The notes under the pieces were generated by a model. The model ran no database searches, was not told the DNA's origin, and saw nothing but the letters and a program-made list of their open reading frames with translations. A stretch of 64,000 bases of DNA, from positions 16,096 through 80,095 of the forward strand of contig CAYQPU010000002.1 in assembly GCA_964419615.1 (NCBI GenBank), written 5' to 3'. This DNA is from an uncultured Methanosarcinales archaeon (GTDB lineage Archaea; Nanobdellota; Nanobdellia; Woesearchaeales; JAGVZT01). Below are positions 48,266-58,273 of this stretch, in pieces; the stretch's first letter is position 1, and each line of letters begins with the position of its first letter. The translations under genes and the position numbers were made by a program.

Positions 48266-48865
48266 TTATTTGGGATAATACAAAACAGCAAAATATCCTA
48301 ATTTAACAACTTCAAATCCAATTTCATTAAAATCATGAGGATGTCCATCTAAAGCGTGAGCAACATACACTCCTTCATCCTTAATAACTCTTCTTACTTC
48401 AACATACTTCTCATAATCCAGCTGATGATCATGTGTAGTTGTATCATTACTAAAAACAACATCTATTGATCCATTTGGAAAAGGTATGTTAGTAAATGAT
48501 GCATGTTTAATTTCTCTTCCATCTTGATGATAAGGATGCATTAGTGTATTTTCATCAAGATCCAATGCAATTCTCCTAGCCGGATGCAAATCTTTAACTC
48601 TTAAATAAGCAAATAATTTAGATCCAAATCCTACTCCAATATCAAGATAAATTTTTTCAACAACATTATGGAAAATTTGATCAAACTCAGGATATTGCTG
48701 ACGGGCTTCATCCCATTCTTCTGGTCTAATTGTTGCTTCTTCAAAACCCATGCCTTTTATAGTATTTGCAGCATGCAATTTTTCTAAAGACATTTTTTGA
48801 TTAGGAGTAGTTGTCGTTCTAATATTAATTCCAGCATCTCTAAACATAGCATTAACATCAACCAT
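48266..48865 (-). CDS. Class I SAM-methyltransferase-like protein
   Basis: YLDIGVGFG, IALDLD, IPFPNGSIDVV. Confidence 0.65.
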   Translation of the reverse strand: MVDVNAMFRDAGINIRTTTTPNQKMSLEKLHAANTIKGMGFEEATIRPEEWDEARQQYPEFDQIFHNVVEKIYLDIGVGFGSKLFAYLRVKDLHPARRIALDLDENTLMHPYHQDGREIKHASFTNIPFPNGSIDVVFSNDTTTHDHQLDYEKYVEVRRVIKDEGVYVAHALDGHPHDFNEIGFEVVKLGYFAVLYYPK

Positions 48866-48939
48866 AATTTAAAGAATGAAAAATTTATTTATAAATATTT
48901 TTTTTTAACCACTCTTAGATAGTATAAACATACTAATCT

Positions 48940-49443
48940 TTATTCAAACAAAGCTTCATACATATTATTATGATGCTCATCAAAGATAACCATATCTTGC
49001 TTATATTCATGCAGACCCTTCATTAACTCCAATAATGCTGCATGACTTGAACCACCATTTGCATACACTCTCATCCATGTTTTTGGTTGAAAACCATGAA
49101 CATCCATTGATTTTCCCCTATCAACAATTTCATCAAGATTTAATTCAAAAAAATCAACAGTAATTCCATTTTTCACGTATCTGTCAACAGCTCCATGTGG
49201 TCCACTAACAAATCCTTCCATTCTGGTTAAGTAGATTGTTGGATCTGGTTTTGAATTTTCATCCACATCAGTTAATCTATATCCTAGCTCATCGGCCAGA
49301 ATAAAATCAACAGGCTTGTCATTTGGTCCTCTGTGATCCTTATCAAGAGGTTCAAACCAACCACAATATGTTGTAAATATATCAAAATAAGTACTTGTAA
49401 AATCTAAATCCCGTATGTTATTAACTTTGTTTGCCATAAACAA
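48940..49443 (-). CDS. Hypothetical protein
   Basis: 167-aa ORF. Confidence 0.55.
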   Translation of the reverse strand: MFMANKVNNIRDLDFTSTYFDIFTTYCGWFEPLDKDHRGPNDKPVDFILADELGYRLTDVDENSKPDPTIYLTRMEGFVSGPHGAVDRYVKNGITVDFFELNLDEIVDRGKSMDVHGFQPKTWMRVYANGGSSHAALLELMKGLHEYKQDMVIFDEHHNNMYEALFE

Positions 49444-49486
49444 GCTAATTTAATTTACTTTATAAAACTTGCTTTTAGACAAGTTA

Positions 49487-49626
49487 GCTCCACCAGGCCG
49501 GTTCTTGAGCCAGTTTGTTAACACAAATGCAAATATAATTCAAACTTTCCCAAGTTATTAACAAACTGTTCCTTATTACTTTTCCCATGAACCTTAGTCT
49601 CACTCACATCTTGGCCTAGGTGGAGC
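49487..49626 (-). ncRNA. Candidate structured RNA motif, copy 2
   Basis: Closing stems GCTCCACC/GGTGGAGC and AGGCC/GGCCT; perfect CAGTTTGTTAA/TTAACAAACTG; same conserved blocks as 28900-29049. Confidence 0.6.
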
Positions 49627-49684
49627 AATCCCCACTAGATAATTCTACACAATCCTTTTATACAATCAAATATTAGCATCTTGC

Positions 49685-52267
49685 ATGAACATACAGTACA
49701 AAGAAGAACCAGACAATGAAGAGCAAATCCTAACTATTTTGCACCCCATTGTCAAAGAATGGTTCTATTCAAAATTCAAAGAATTCTCCTTACCACAAAG
49801 ATATGGTGTATCTGAAATTCATGCAAGGCAAAATATACTTGTCTCAGCTCCAACAGGAGCCACAAAAACCTTAACAGCTTTCCTGTCAATACTAAACGAA
49901 TTAGTAGACTGCGCAGAAAAAGAAATATTGGAAGATAAAATTTATGCTGTCTACATCTCTCCATTAAAAGCATTAAACCATGACATAGAAGTAAATCTAG
50001 CTACCCCATTAAAGGAAATTGAAGCAATAGCAGGCAAACCACTTGGAATAAGAGTGGCAGTCAGAACAGGTGACACAACAGCCTACCAAAAATCAAAAAT
50101 GCTCAAGAATCCACCACATATTCTAATCACAACACCTGAATCACTGGGGATTGTTCTTTCCACAGTTAAATTCAGAGAATTACTAACAAACGTTGACTGG
50201 TGCATTGTGGATGAAATACATGCTCTTGCTGAAAACAAAAGAGGAGTACATCTATCTTTGAGCTTAGAAAGACTTCAAAGATTAAGCACACACATATGCC
50301 GAGTTGGATTATCAGCAACAGTAGCTCCATTAATTGAAGTATCAAAATTTCTTGTTGGTTATGATAATGGTGAACTCAGACCATGCAAAATAGTCGATGT
50401 ACAATTTATAAAAGACATGGATCTAAAAGTTTTAAGTCCAGTACCTGATCTAATAGAAACATCACATCATGACCTACACCAAAAAATGTATGAACTAATG
50501 GATAAACTAATACAAGATCACAAAACAACATTAGTCTTTACAAACACAAGGGCGGCAACAGAAAGAGTTGTTGATAACCTAAAAGACAAATACCCACAAA
50601 AGTACAAAGATAATATTGGAGCACACCATGGTTCTTTAAGCAAAACACTTAGACTAAGTATTGAAAACAAACTTAGAAATGGAGAACTAAAAGCAGTTGT
50701 ATGCTCAACAAGTTTAGAACTTGGAATTGATATAGGTTACATTGACTTAGTAATTCTTTTAGGATCTCCAAAATCAGTTGCAAGAGCGTTGCAAAGAATA
50801 GGAAGATCAGGTCATAAACTACATGACACAACAAAGGGTAGAATAATTGTTCTAGATAGGGATGACTTAGTTGAATGCTCAGTTCTATTAAAAAGTGCTG
50901 TGGAAAAGAAAATGGACAAACTGCACATCCCAACAAACTGCTTAGATGTAATGTCACAACACATTTATGGGATAGCAATAGCAGGCCAGATTCATATTGA
51001 TACATTATTCAAATTAATAAAAAAAAGCTACTGCTATCACAAACTCCCAAGAAAAGACTTTATGCAAATAATAGACTATCTTGCAGGAGAGTATGTCTCA
51101 CTAGAAGAAAGACATGTATATGCAAAAATATGGTACGACAAAGACACTGGAATGATAGGTAGGAAAGGAAGAATGGCCAGAGTCATCTACATGACAAACA
51201 TTGGCACAATACCTGACGAAACAAGAGTGCTAGTTAAAGTTGGAAACAACTTAATTGGCACAATTGAGGAAGCTTACCTTGAAAAACTAAAAAGAGGGGA
51301 TGTGTTTGTTCTCGGAGGACAAACCTATGAATTCCTATTTGCCAGAGGTATGGTTGCGCAGGTCTCAGCAAGCACTTATCGGCCTCCAAATGTGCCAAGA
51401 TGGTTTAGCGAAACCCTACCCTTAAGTTTTGATCTGGCCTTAGAAATTGGCAGGTTCAGAAGATTAATGGAAGACAAATTTGCAAACAAAATGTCAGAAC
51501 AAGAAATAATCAAATTTATTTTAGATTTTCTATATGTTGATCAAAACGGTGCAATAGCAATCTATAACTACTTCAAATACCAATATGAATACGCAGAAAT
51601 ACCACACGATAAAAAGATTGTAATAGAACATTATAAATCAGAAAGAGGTTCGTTTTACATCTTCCATTCTCTATTAGGCAGAAGAGTAAATGACTGCTTA
51701 AGTAGAGCGATTGGATTAGCAGTCTCAAGACAAGTCCTTAAAGGAGTTGAAATTGGAATCAATGATAATGGGTTTTACTTATTTACTAACAAAAAACCTA
51801 ACATAATGTCAGCTGTTAAAATCCTAAGGTCTGACAAGCTTAATCTTGTAATGAAAGTTGCAATAGAAAAAACTGAGATCTTAAAAAGAAGATTCAGGCA
51901 CTGTGCAACACGAGCATTAATGATACTTAGAAACTACAAAGGCAGGAGAAAAAGAGTGGGAAAGCAGCAAGTAAGCTCTATGATCCTTATGGCAACAGTA
52001 AAAAGAATAGACCCAAACTTTACAATCCTTAGGGAAGCGCGAAGAGAAGTATTAGAGGATTTAATGGATATAAAAAACACAGGGAAAATTTTAAAACAAA
52101 TAGAAGATGAAAAAATTAAAATCAAACAGATCAACACACAAATCCCATCTCCATTTGCATTTAACCTTGTAACCCAAGGCCATGCAGACATAATGAAAAT
52201 GGAAGACAGATTGGAATTTCTAAAAAGAATGCACAATATGGTCAAGGCTAAGATTAGCTTGGGATAA
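49685..52267 (+). CDS. lhr: Lhr family ATP-dependent helicase (archaeal core form)
   Basis: APTGATKT, DEIH, LSAT, HHGS, SLELGIDIG, QRIGRSGH, IGTIPD. Confidence 0.93.
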   Translation: MNIQYKEEPDNEEQILTILHPIVKEWFYSKFKEFSLPQRYGVSEIHARQNILVSAPTGATKTLTAFLSILNELVDCAEKEILEDKIYAVYISPLKALNHDIEVNLATPLKEIEAIAGKPLGIRVAVRTGDTTAYQKSKMLKNPPHILITTPESLGIVLSTVKFRELLTNVDWCIVDEIHALAENKRGVHLSLSLERLQRLSTHICRVGLSATVAPLIEVSKFLVGYDNGELRPCKIVDVQFIKDMDLKVLSPVPDLIETSHHDLHQKMYELMDKLIQDHKTTLVFTNTRAATERVVDNLKDKYPQKYKDNIGAHHGSLSKTLRLSIENKLRNGELKAVVCSTSLELGIDIGYIDLVILLGSPKSVARALQRIGRSGHKLHDTTKGRIIVLDRDDLVECSVLLKSAVEKKMDKLHIPTNCLDVMSQHIYGIAIAGQIHIDTLFKLIKKSYCYHKLPRKDFMQIIDYLAGEYVSLEERHVYAKIWYDKDTGMIGRKGRMARVIYMTNIGTIPDETRVLVKVGNNLIGTIEEAYLEKLKRGDVFVLGGQTYEFLFARGMVAQVSASTYRPPNVPRWFSETLPLSFDLALEIGRFRRLMEDKFANKMSEQEIIKFILDFLYVDQNGAIAIYNYFKYQYEYAEIPHDKKIVIEHYKSERGSFYIFHSLLGRRVNDCLSRAIGLAVSRQVLKGVEIGINDNGFYLFTNKKPNIMSAVKILRSDKLNLVMKVAIEKTEILKRRFRHCATRALMILRNYKGRRKRVGKQQVSSMILMATVKRIDPNFTILREARREVLEDLMDIKNTGKILKQIEDEKIKIKQINTQIPSPFAFNLVTQGHADIMKMEDRLEFLKRMHNMVKAKISLG

Positions 52268-52763
52268 CCGCATTATACACATGAGGAAATAATTTGTATG
52301 GAATTTTACTTTGAAGCTTTGCTTCATATTCCTGATTGTCCTCAGCAGCCTCTGGAAGTCTCACTCTAAACCAAAATTCAGGTAAAGTAACTTCTTCCTT
52401 ATTGGATTGATTTATTAGTGTAATTTTTCTCATAAGCCTCTCCCTTACTCCAGATGGCTCAAAATAAGATTGGCTAACATCAAATGTAAACAAATCTGTC
52501 TGAGTTGAATCCAAAGGTAGCACAGATACCATTGCACTATAATCAACAACAGCATAATTAGCTGAATATATCTCACCAGTATTATGATCAGTAAAAACAT
52601 CCAATCCATCATCCACACAATTAAAGCATAAATTAGAAACTGTTAATTCAAATTTATTAAAACCTAACAAATATCTAATTTTATCGAATAGTCCTATAGA
52701 ATCTTGTTTTGCCATACTATGAGAAAATACAGCATTTATATAAATATTTTGGAAAATGTCCAC
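52254..52763 (-). CDS. Hypothetical protein
   Basis: 169-aa ORF. Confidence 0.45.
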   Translation of the reverse strand: MDIFQNIYINAVFSHSMAKQDSIGLFDKIRYLLGFNKFELTVSNLCFNCVDDGLDVFTDHNTGEIYSANYAVVDYSAMVSVLPLDSTQTDLFTFDVSQSYFEPSGVRERLMRKITLINQSNKEEVTLPEFWFRVRLPEAAEDNQEYEAKLQSKIPYKLFPHVYNAVIPS

Positions 52764-52823
52764 TTGTTAATGATTACACCTAATTGGAAAACTATAAAAA
52801 GACAGCCATAGTATTCTAAAGTA

Positions 52824-54167
52824 ATGTCTAGTATAATTGAACTTGGAAAAGTAAGAAAAGGAGATGACAAAGAGGTTGGTGAAAAAGCTTCTTTGCTTGG
52901 AGAAGCATTTAATATTGTACCAGTTCCTGCAAGTTTTGTTTTAAAAACCAAATCCTTCCAGCGATTTGTTGCCAATCACAGGCAGAAAATAAACAATATT
53001 TTGGTTGATCCACAACTTGAGTATGAAGAAAAAGCAAATCAAATTCAATCTTTATTAAAATCCTTCCAAATACCAACTGAATTACAAACGGAAATTTCTC
53101 AAGCTTATGAAAAATTAAGCATTGACTATACAAACATTGAAAGTGCTTTTGATCTTGTAAAACCAAAAAATTATACCTCAGTTGTACTTAGAGCTAATGC
53201 TTATGTAAAAGAAACAGGAAGTCCGCTTGCAAGCTCATATAAATTGGGAATAAACAAAAAATTAAATGAAAACATTCAAGAAACATGGATTGATCTGTTT
53301 TGTGAAGACACAATTGAATTCATGGATGCAGAAGGATTAGACTTTGATGATGTTGGAGTTAGTCTGATTGTAAGCAAGATGGTACTAGCACACAAATCAG
53401 GAGTAATGTACTCAACAAACCCAGAAAGGGAGGAAGATCAAATTCTAGTTGAGGCTTGCTGGGGAACAGATGATTATTTCTTAATTGATGACAATGAACC
53501 TGACAGATATGATTTAGATAAAGAAGATTTGGAAATTGAAAATGTTGTGGTTGAAGAACAGCAATATGCATATGTGTTTGACAAAGAAACACGAGAAAAG
53601 GGTAAAAGAACAATTCCTGACAGAGAGCGAACAATCAAGGTATTAAAAGATAATGAGATTGTGAAACTTGGAGCAATTGCACGAAAGCTTGAAAACCACT
53701 TTGGAAAACCAGTTGAAGCAGAATTTATAATTGATAAGTCAAAAGCATATGTAACTCAAATAATGTTCTTAGAAGAAGATGAAGAAATCCTTGATGTAGA
53801 TGGCAGTGACGAAGTTGTAGAAGGCATGAATGAAAACAAAGTTGATGATAGATACCCAGGCTTAGATGCAGCAGAGGACGAACTGATTAGAATAAATGGA
53901 GAACAAGAAATAAGCAAGGAAGAAACTGAATCAGAAGAAAAGGCGCAAGAATCAGAGCAAATAACAGATGGACCCTCACAAGAAGTAGATGGATTTGAAC
54001 TGGAAATAAAAAAAGTCATAGACAAATACTGCACAATAAACCCTGAACTAAAAAAAGTGTTTTATTTACTTCAAAAAGATATATTGGATCTATTTGATGA
54101 AGATGAAGAAATAGATGTTGCAGAAAAAGAAGATTCTGATGAATTTGAAGTAGATGAAGAGTTATAA
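52824..54167 (+). CDS. Stand-alone PEP/pyruvate-binding (PPDK_N) domain protein with an acidic tail
   Basis: VGEKASLLGE, SGVMYSTNP, LVEACWG, PDRY; no phospho-His domain. Confidence 0.75.
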   Translation: MSSIIELGKVRKGDDKEVGEKASLLGEAFNIVPVPASFVLKTKSFQRFVANHRQKINNILVDPQLEYEEKANQIQSLLKSFQIPTELQTEISQAYEKLSIDYTNIESAFDLVKPKNYTSVVLRANAYVKETGSPLASSYKLGINKKLNENIQETWIDLFCEDTIEFMDAEGLDFDDVGVSLIVSKMVLAHKSGVMYSTNPEREEDQILVEACWGTDDYFLIDDNEPDRYDLDKEDLEIENVVVEEQQYAYVFDKETREKGKRTIPDRERTIKVLKDNEIVKLGAIARKLENHFGKPVEAEFIIDKSKAYVTQIMFLEEDEEILDVDGSDEVVEGMNENKVDDRYPGLDAAEDELIRINGEQEISKEETESEEKAQESEQITDGPSQEVDGFELEIKKVIDKYCTINPELKKVFYLLQKDILDLFDEDEEIDVAEKEDSDEFEVDEEL

Positions 54168-54235
54168 GTTCTTTTCCCCTCAAAAGTGATAATTTTGCCA
54201 ATCTTTATATATTCATTTTAATTTCTAAATATAAA

Positions 54236-54997
54236 ATGGTATATAAAAACTCACAAAATGAACTGGATGCTGAAGTACTAGAATTAATACAAAATAATCG
54301 TCCTTTAAGAAAATCTTTAATTGAGATATTTGAAAGAGATTGGTTAGGGAAGAAAGCAGAATATAATCCTGGCGTTGGGACTGGAGATGCTCCTATGATT
54401 ATAAATACCTCACTTGAGTCGATTGATTTAGTACGACTCTTAGTACAAAGCGACTTTAAGATGGACAAACTACCTGAAGATGTTCAAGAAGTCACCCATA
54501 TGGTCGAAATAAGTACACGTAATCTAAGCATAGAAAAAATACTTGATCCTTTGGTTAAATATGGTATACTGGATGTAGAATCAGAAAAAATCTCTAAATG
54601 TGCAACTGTCTTAACATATTCATTAACTGAGAAATCTAAAAATCAAAGAAAAGCTTTAGAAGATGCATGTGCATTTGCAATTGTTCCGGATAACAGTGTG
54701 AGAATGTTTGAAATCTACATTGATACTATAACAACTTATGGTGGTATGGATGGGATTCTCTTAGTTGATAATGGAGAGATTAAAATGCTTGCTTATGATC
54801 ATAATCCTGAGGGCAAAGACAGGATAGTGGGATTTGGTTTTCCAGAGGAATGTATTGACTTAGTTGACATTACATCAGAAGGGATAGTTTCAGATAGATG
54901 TACTATTAATTATATGTATGAAGGAAAAAAAAGATTTAGATTACATGCACAAATCCTAGAAAAACATGGTTTAATGCCTGAACCAAGGGAGAACTAA
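54236..54997 (+). CDS. Hypothetical protein, paralog 1 of a tandem triplet
   Basis: MVYKNSQNELD...KALEDACAFAIVP. Confidence 0.65.
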   Translation: MVYKNSQNELDAEVLELIQNNRPLRKSLIEIFERDWLGKKAEYNPGVGTGDAPMIINTSLESIDLVRLLVQSDFKMDKLPEDVQEVTHMVEISTRNLSIEKILDPLVKYGILDVESEKISKCATVLTYSLTEKSKNQRKALEDACAFAIVPDNSVRMFEIYIDTITTYGGMDGILLVDNGEIKMLAYDHNPEGKDRIVGFGFPEECIDLVDITSEGIVSDRCTINYMYEGKKRFRLHAQILEKHGLMPEPREN

Positions 54998-54998
54998 A

Positions 54999-55589
54999 AT
55001 GACATATCAAAACAAAGGAGATCAACTTGACTCAAAACTTTTAGAAGAGATAACAATTAATGGATTAGTAAGACATGTAATGAAGAGTGTTCTATATAGT
55101 GATTCATTAGGTAGGGGGTCATTTATTCCATTTACAAATGGATCTGAAGATAATACAATTATTAGACTTATTATGAAAGAAGTTTTAGTTTCCAGAGGAA
55201 CAAATGCATATTGGCTGTTTATTGCGGATAAGTATGAGGATTCAAAAGAAGCTTTCTCAGATGCTATTGCGTATGCTGAAATCCCTGACACAAAGCACCA
55301 TTTTCTCGATGATCATTTGGGAAACATAGTCAAATATAAAGGTCAAACTGGTTTATTCACCTTACATGCTGGAGAACCCAAATTTATCTTCAGTGGCGCA
55401 ACAAATGATAAATTACCTTTCATTTATGTTGTACATATTGAACCAAGAGAACTAAGTGGATTTAATCAAGGTAATCTTTTATTAGATCACGCAAAATCAG
55501 GACTTGGTGCAAGTGTTTTCTACGAAGGAGACTTAGAATACGATGCATATTCTCCAAAATTAATTGAAAAAGGATTGTTGAAACTGTAA
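54999..55589 (+). CDS. Hypothetical protein, paralog 2
   Basis: MTYQNKGDQLD...EAFSDAIAYAEIP. Confidence 0.65.
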   Translation: MTYQNKGDQLDSKLLEEITINGLVRHVMKSVLYSDSLGRGSFIPFTNGSEDNTIIRLIMKEVLVSRGTNAYWLFIADKYEDSKEAFSDAIAYAEIPDTKHHFLDDHLGNIVKYKGQTGLFTLHAGEPKFIFSGATNDKLPFIYVVHIEPRELSGFNQGNLLLDHAKSGLGASVFYEGDLEYDAYSPKLIEKGLLKL

Positions 55590-55647
55590 AAGAGTAGGCT
55601 TAGGGCATGACACCAAGCAACTTTAAATATTTAAATTCCTATACAAA

Positions 55648-56232
55648 ATGACATATGAAAATTCAAGTGAGCAATTAGAACCCAGGATTAAGTCTTTAAT
55701 TGAAGACAATCATTATGTAAGAGCTGTTCTCCAAGACGTTTTATGGAGTTTTGCAAAGTATAGAAAATTTGGCATTCCTCTTTCTAAAGATGAACGAGAC
55801 CTGGCAATAGATGAACTTATTTTTAAAGGAGTGATCAAAAGTGCTTTTACTGATACATATTTCTTATCTGTTACTGAAGATTATAAAGAAAAGACAAAAG
55901 CATTATCAGATGCTGTTGCATTTGCTGAGATTCCACCTGAAAAAGAACAATTGTTTCTTGATAATTTAGGTGAAACAATTAAATACTGTGATCATGAAGG
56001 GTTACTAACAATACATGCTGGCAAAGCTATTTGGTTATTCCATTATACAGATCAGTGGGGAGTGAGATCTGTTTACAGATTTGATGTTACTGCAGAAAGA
56101 TTAATTGATGTTAAAGAAGGTGTTCTCAATCTTGACCAAAACCATCCTGGAGGAACCACAAGTATTGTTTATGATGCATCAACAGATTATCCTCCTTTGT
56201 TTGATATACTAAATAAAAAAGGTTTAGTTTGA
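55648..56232 (+). CDS. Hypothetical protein, paralog 3
   Basis: MTYENSSEQLE...KALSDAVAFAEIP. Confidence 0.65.
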   Translation: MTYENSSEQLEPRIKSLIEDNHYVRAVLQDVLWSFAKYRKFGIPLSKDERDLAIDELIFKGVIKSAFTDTYFLSVTEDYKEKTKALSDAVAFAEIPPEKEQLFLDNLGETIKYCDHEGLLTIHAGKAIWLFHYTDQWGVRSVYRFDVTAERLIDVKEGVLNLDQNHPGGTTSIVYDASTDYPPLFDILNKKGLV

Positions 56233-56500
56233 GAAACAGATTCTATGTGAACTAAAGAGATTTTTAGGCTGTGTTACAATCTGACTGATAATTTAGAGTC
56301 AGTCTGATCAATATCAGTCAATACAGTGTATTGAAGGCATGGCGAGGCGAATGCTGAGTAAGATTCTAAATCATCAGTTGTATGATCTCAATGTCAACAG
56401 ATTTCTGGTCACATTTAATTGTTACTGACAAGTAAGTACAAAAACAAAAGATTTAAATACTAGTTATACCTATATAGTAGTAATTAGGGGGTGGATAAAT

Positions 56501-56713
56501 ATGAGTTATATGCCGAATATAGCAGACTTAGCTGAATTATACCAAAATACACTTGCTCCATTAGTAGAGGGTGGAGTCCCAGAGATGCCAAATGAGTTGC
56601 TGCGATTTGCAGATATGTTTGGCAGTGCACTAGATATTCAATTATCTGGTGGAACTGTGATTGGTGGAATAGTTTTAGCTATTGCAATAGGTTATTCTGT
56701 AATCAGAAGCTAA
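56501..56713 (+). CDS. Small membrane protein
   Basis: GGGGGTGG SD; C-terminal TM. Confidence 0.6.
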   Translation: MSYMPNIADLAELYQNTLAPLVEGGVPEMPNELLRFADMFGSALDIQLSGGTVIGGIVLAIAIGYSVIRS

Positions 56714-56718
56714 TAAAA

Positions 56719-57726
56719 ATGCTAAAAACAATAAGAAAAACAGTTTCAAGAAACAAACTGAAAAACCTTCAGTACAAAACAGGACTATTCTCAGCTGCAA
56801 AAAAAGATGTCAAAACTGGCTATAATGCAGCTTGGATAAGAGATAATATATATGAAGCTCTGGGCTTAGAACCAAGCAAAGATGTCAAATCAATAAAAAA
56901 GACATATCATGCTTTATTTGACGTATTCTTAATGCATGAATGGAAAATAGATCAAGCTATCAAAAGTAAGCCAAAGTATGACTTTGAATATATTCATGCT
57001 AGATATAATCCTGAAACATTCACAGAATTTCATGAACCATGGGGAAACAAGCAAAATGATGCAATAGGTGCATTCCTATTCAAAGTAGGAGATTTATACA
57101 AAAAAGGATTAGTTGTTTTTAGAAACCATGATGATCTTAGATTACTTCAAAAGCTTGTTTACTATTTAGCCAGTATTGAATATTGGCAAGATAAAGACAA
57201 TGGAATCTGGGAAGAAAATGAAGAAGTTCATGCAAGCTCAGCTGGAGCATGCTTAGCTGGATTAAATTCAATCTCACCAATTGTATTTGTGCCTAAACCA
57301 CTAATGCAAAAAGGAAGAGAAGCTCTAAACCAGTTACTTCCAAGAGAGTCAAAAACAAAGGAAGTTGATTTAGCACTTTTAACTTTAATTTACCCATACA
57401 ACATAGTTAATGATACTCAAAAATCACAAATCCTTTGGAATGTTGAAAAAAAACTAGTTAGAAAAAATGGAATAATCAGATACAAAAATGATAGGTACTA
57501 CAGTAATGGAAAAGAAGCAGAATGGTGCTTTGGATTTCCATGGTTAGCCAAGATCTACAAGGATATGGGAAATTATGAAAAATATGAACTTTACATAAAG
57601 AAAACTCACAGCATAATGAACTCTAAATTAGAGATTCCAGAATTATACTATGCAGAAACAGATCGTCATAATGAAAACACACCTCTTGGATGGGCCACTG
57701 CAATGTATTTAGTGGCTATATCCTAA
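56719..57726 (+). CDS. Glycoside hydrolase family 15-like (glucoamylase / phosphorylase kinase alpha-beta-like) protein
   Basis: AWIRDN, QNDAIG, GIWEE, VDLALL, IRYKNDRY, PLGWA. Confidence 0.78.
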   Translation: MLKTIRKTVSRNKLKNLQYKTGLFSAAKKDVKTGYNAAWIRDNIYEALGLEPSKDVKSIKKTYHALFDVFLMHEWKIDQAIKSKPKYDFEYIHARYNPETFTEFHEPWGNKQNDAIGAFLFKVGDLYKKGLVVFRNHDDLRLLQKLVYYLASIEYWQDKDNGIWEENEEVHASSAGACLAGLNSISPIVFVPKPLMQKGREALNQLLPRESKTKEVDLALLTLIYPYNIVNDTQKSQILWNVEKKLVRKNGIIRYKNDRYYSNGKEAEWCFGFPWLAKIYKDMGNYEKYELYIKKTHSIMNSKLEIPELYYAETDRHNENTPLGWATAMYLVAIS

Positions 57727-57754
57727 ATCCAGTAGCTAATGCTATTGGATTTTT
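57725..57754 (+). terminator. Hairpin plus T tract at the end of the GH15 gene
   Basis: AAATCCAGTAGC TAAT GCTATTGGATTT followed by T residues. Confidence 0.55.
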
Positions 57755-57854
57755 ATAATTACAATCGTGGAGAGAGTGCTTTGAATTCTCGCGAATTCAT
57801 CCCCTCACAACACTAACATTCTCTCCATGATTGTTCTTTTATTAAAGGATAAAA

Positions 57855-58214
57855 ATGGAAGAATTTGAAGCATTTGTGCTATACGGTAATCTTAAACCAA
57901 ACACAAAGGAATCACTAGCAAGATCCTTGGATATTCTTTTTAAAGATATTGGATATAATTCAATTGTTGCTATGGAACTTCCTAGGACCTTTTATTCTCC
58001 ATGGCACAGACAACAAATTTTTTCTGGAAAAGGTTTAGGAACGATAGTTGTGCAACATAGTCCTTATCATAAAGTACCCATTCCATTAAACTCAGATGCA
58101 CCTGAAGATTACGCAGATGTAGCTTTTTTATTTTTGGATGGTGCTGAAGGAACATATGGTCTCTTTGAAACAGAAATAAACATGAATCCAGATATTTCTA
58201 TTGAATTATTATGA
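57855..58214 (+). CDS. Hypothetical protein
   Basis: 119-aa ORF. Confidence 0.5.
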   Translation: MEEFEAFVLYGNLKPNTKESLARSLDILFKDIGYNSIVAMELPRTFYSPWHRQQIFSGKGLGTIVVQHSPYHKVPIPLNSDAPEDYADVAFLFLDGAEGTYGLFETEINMNPDISIELL

Positions 58215-58273
58215 AATCTATGTCTACCATTTAACCAATAAATTTATAAACCACTTATATATAAATCCAGTCG

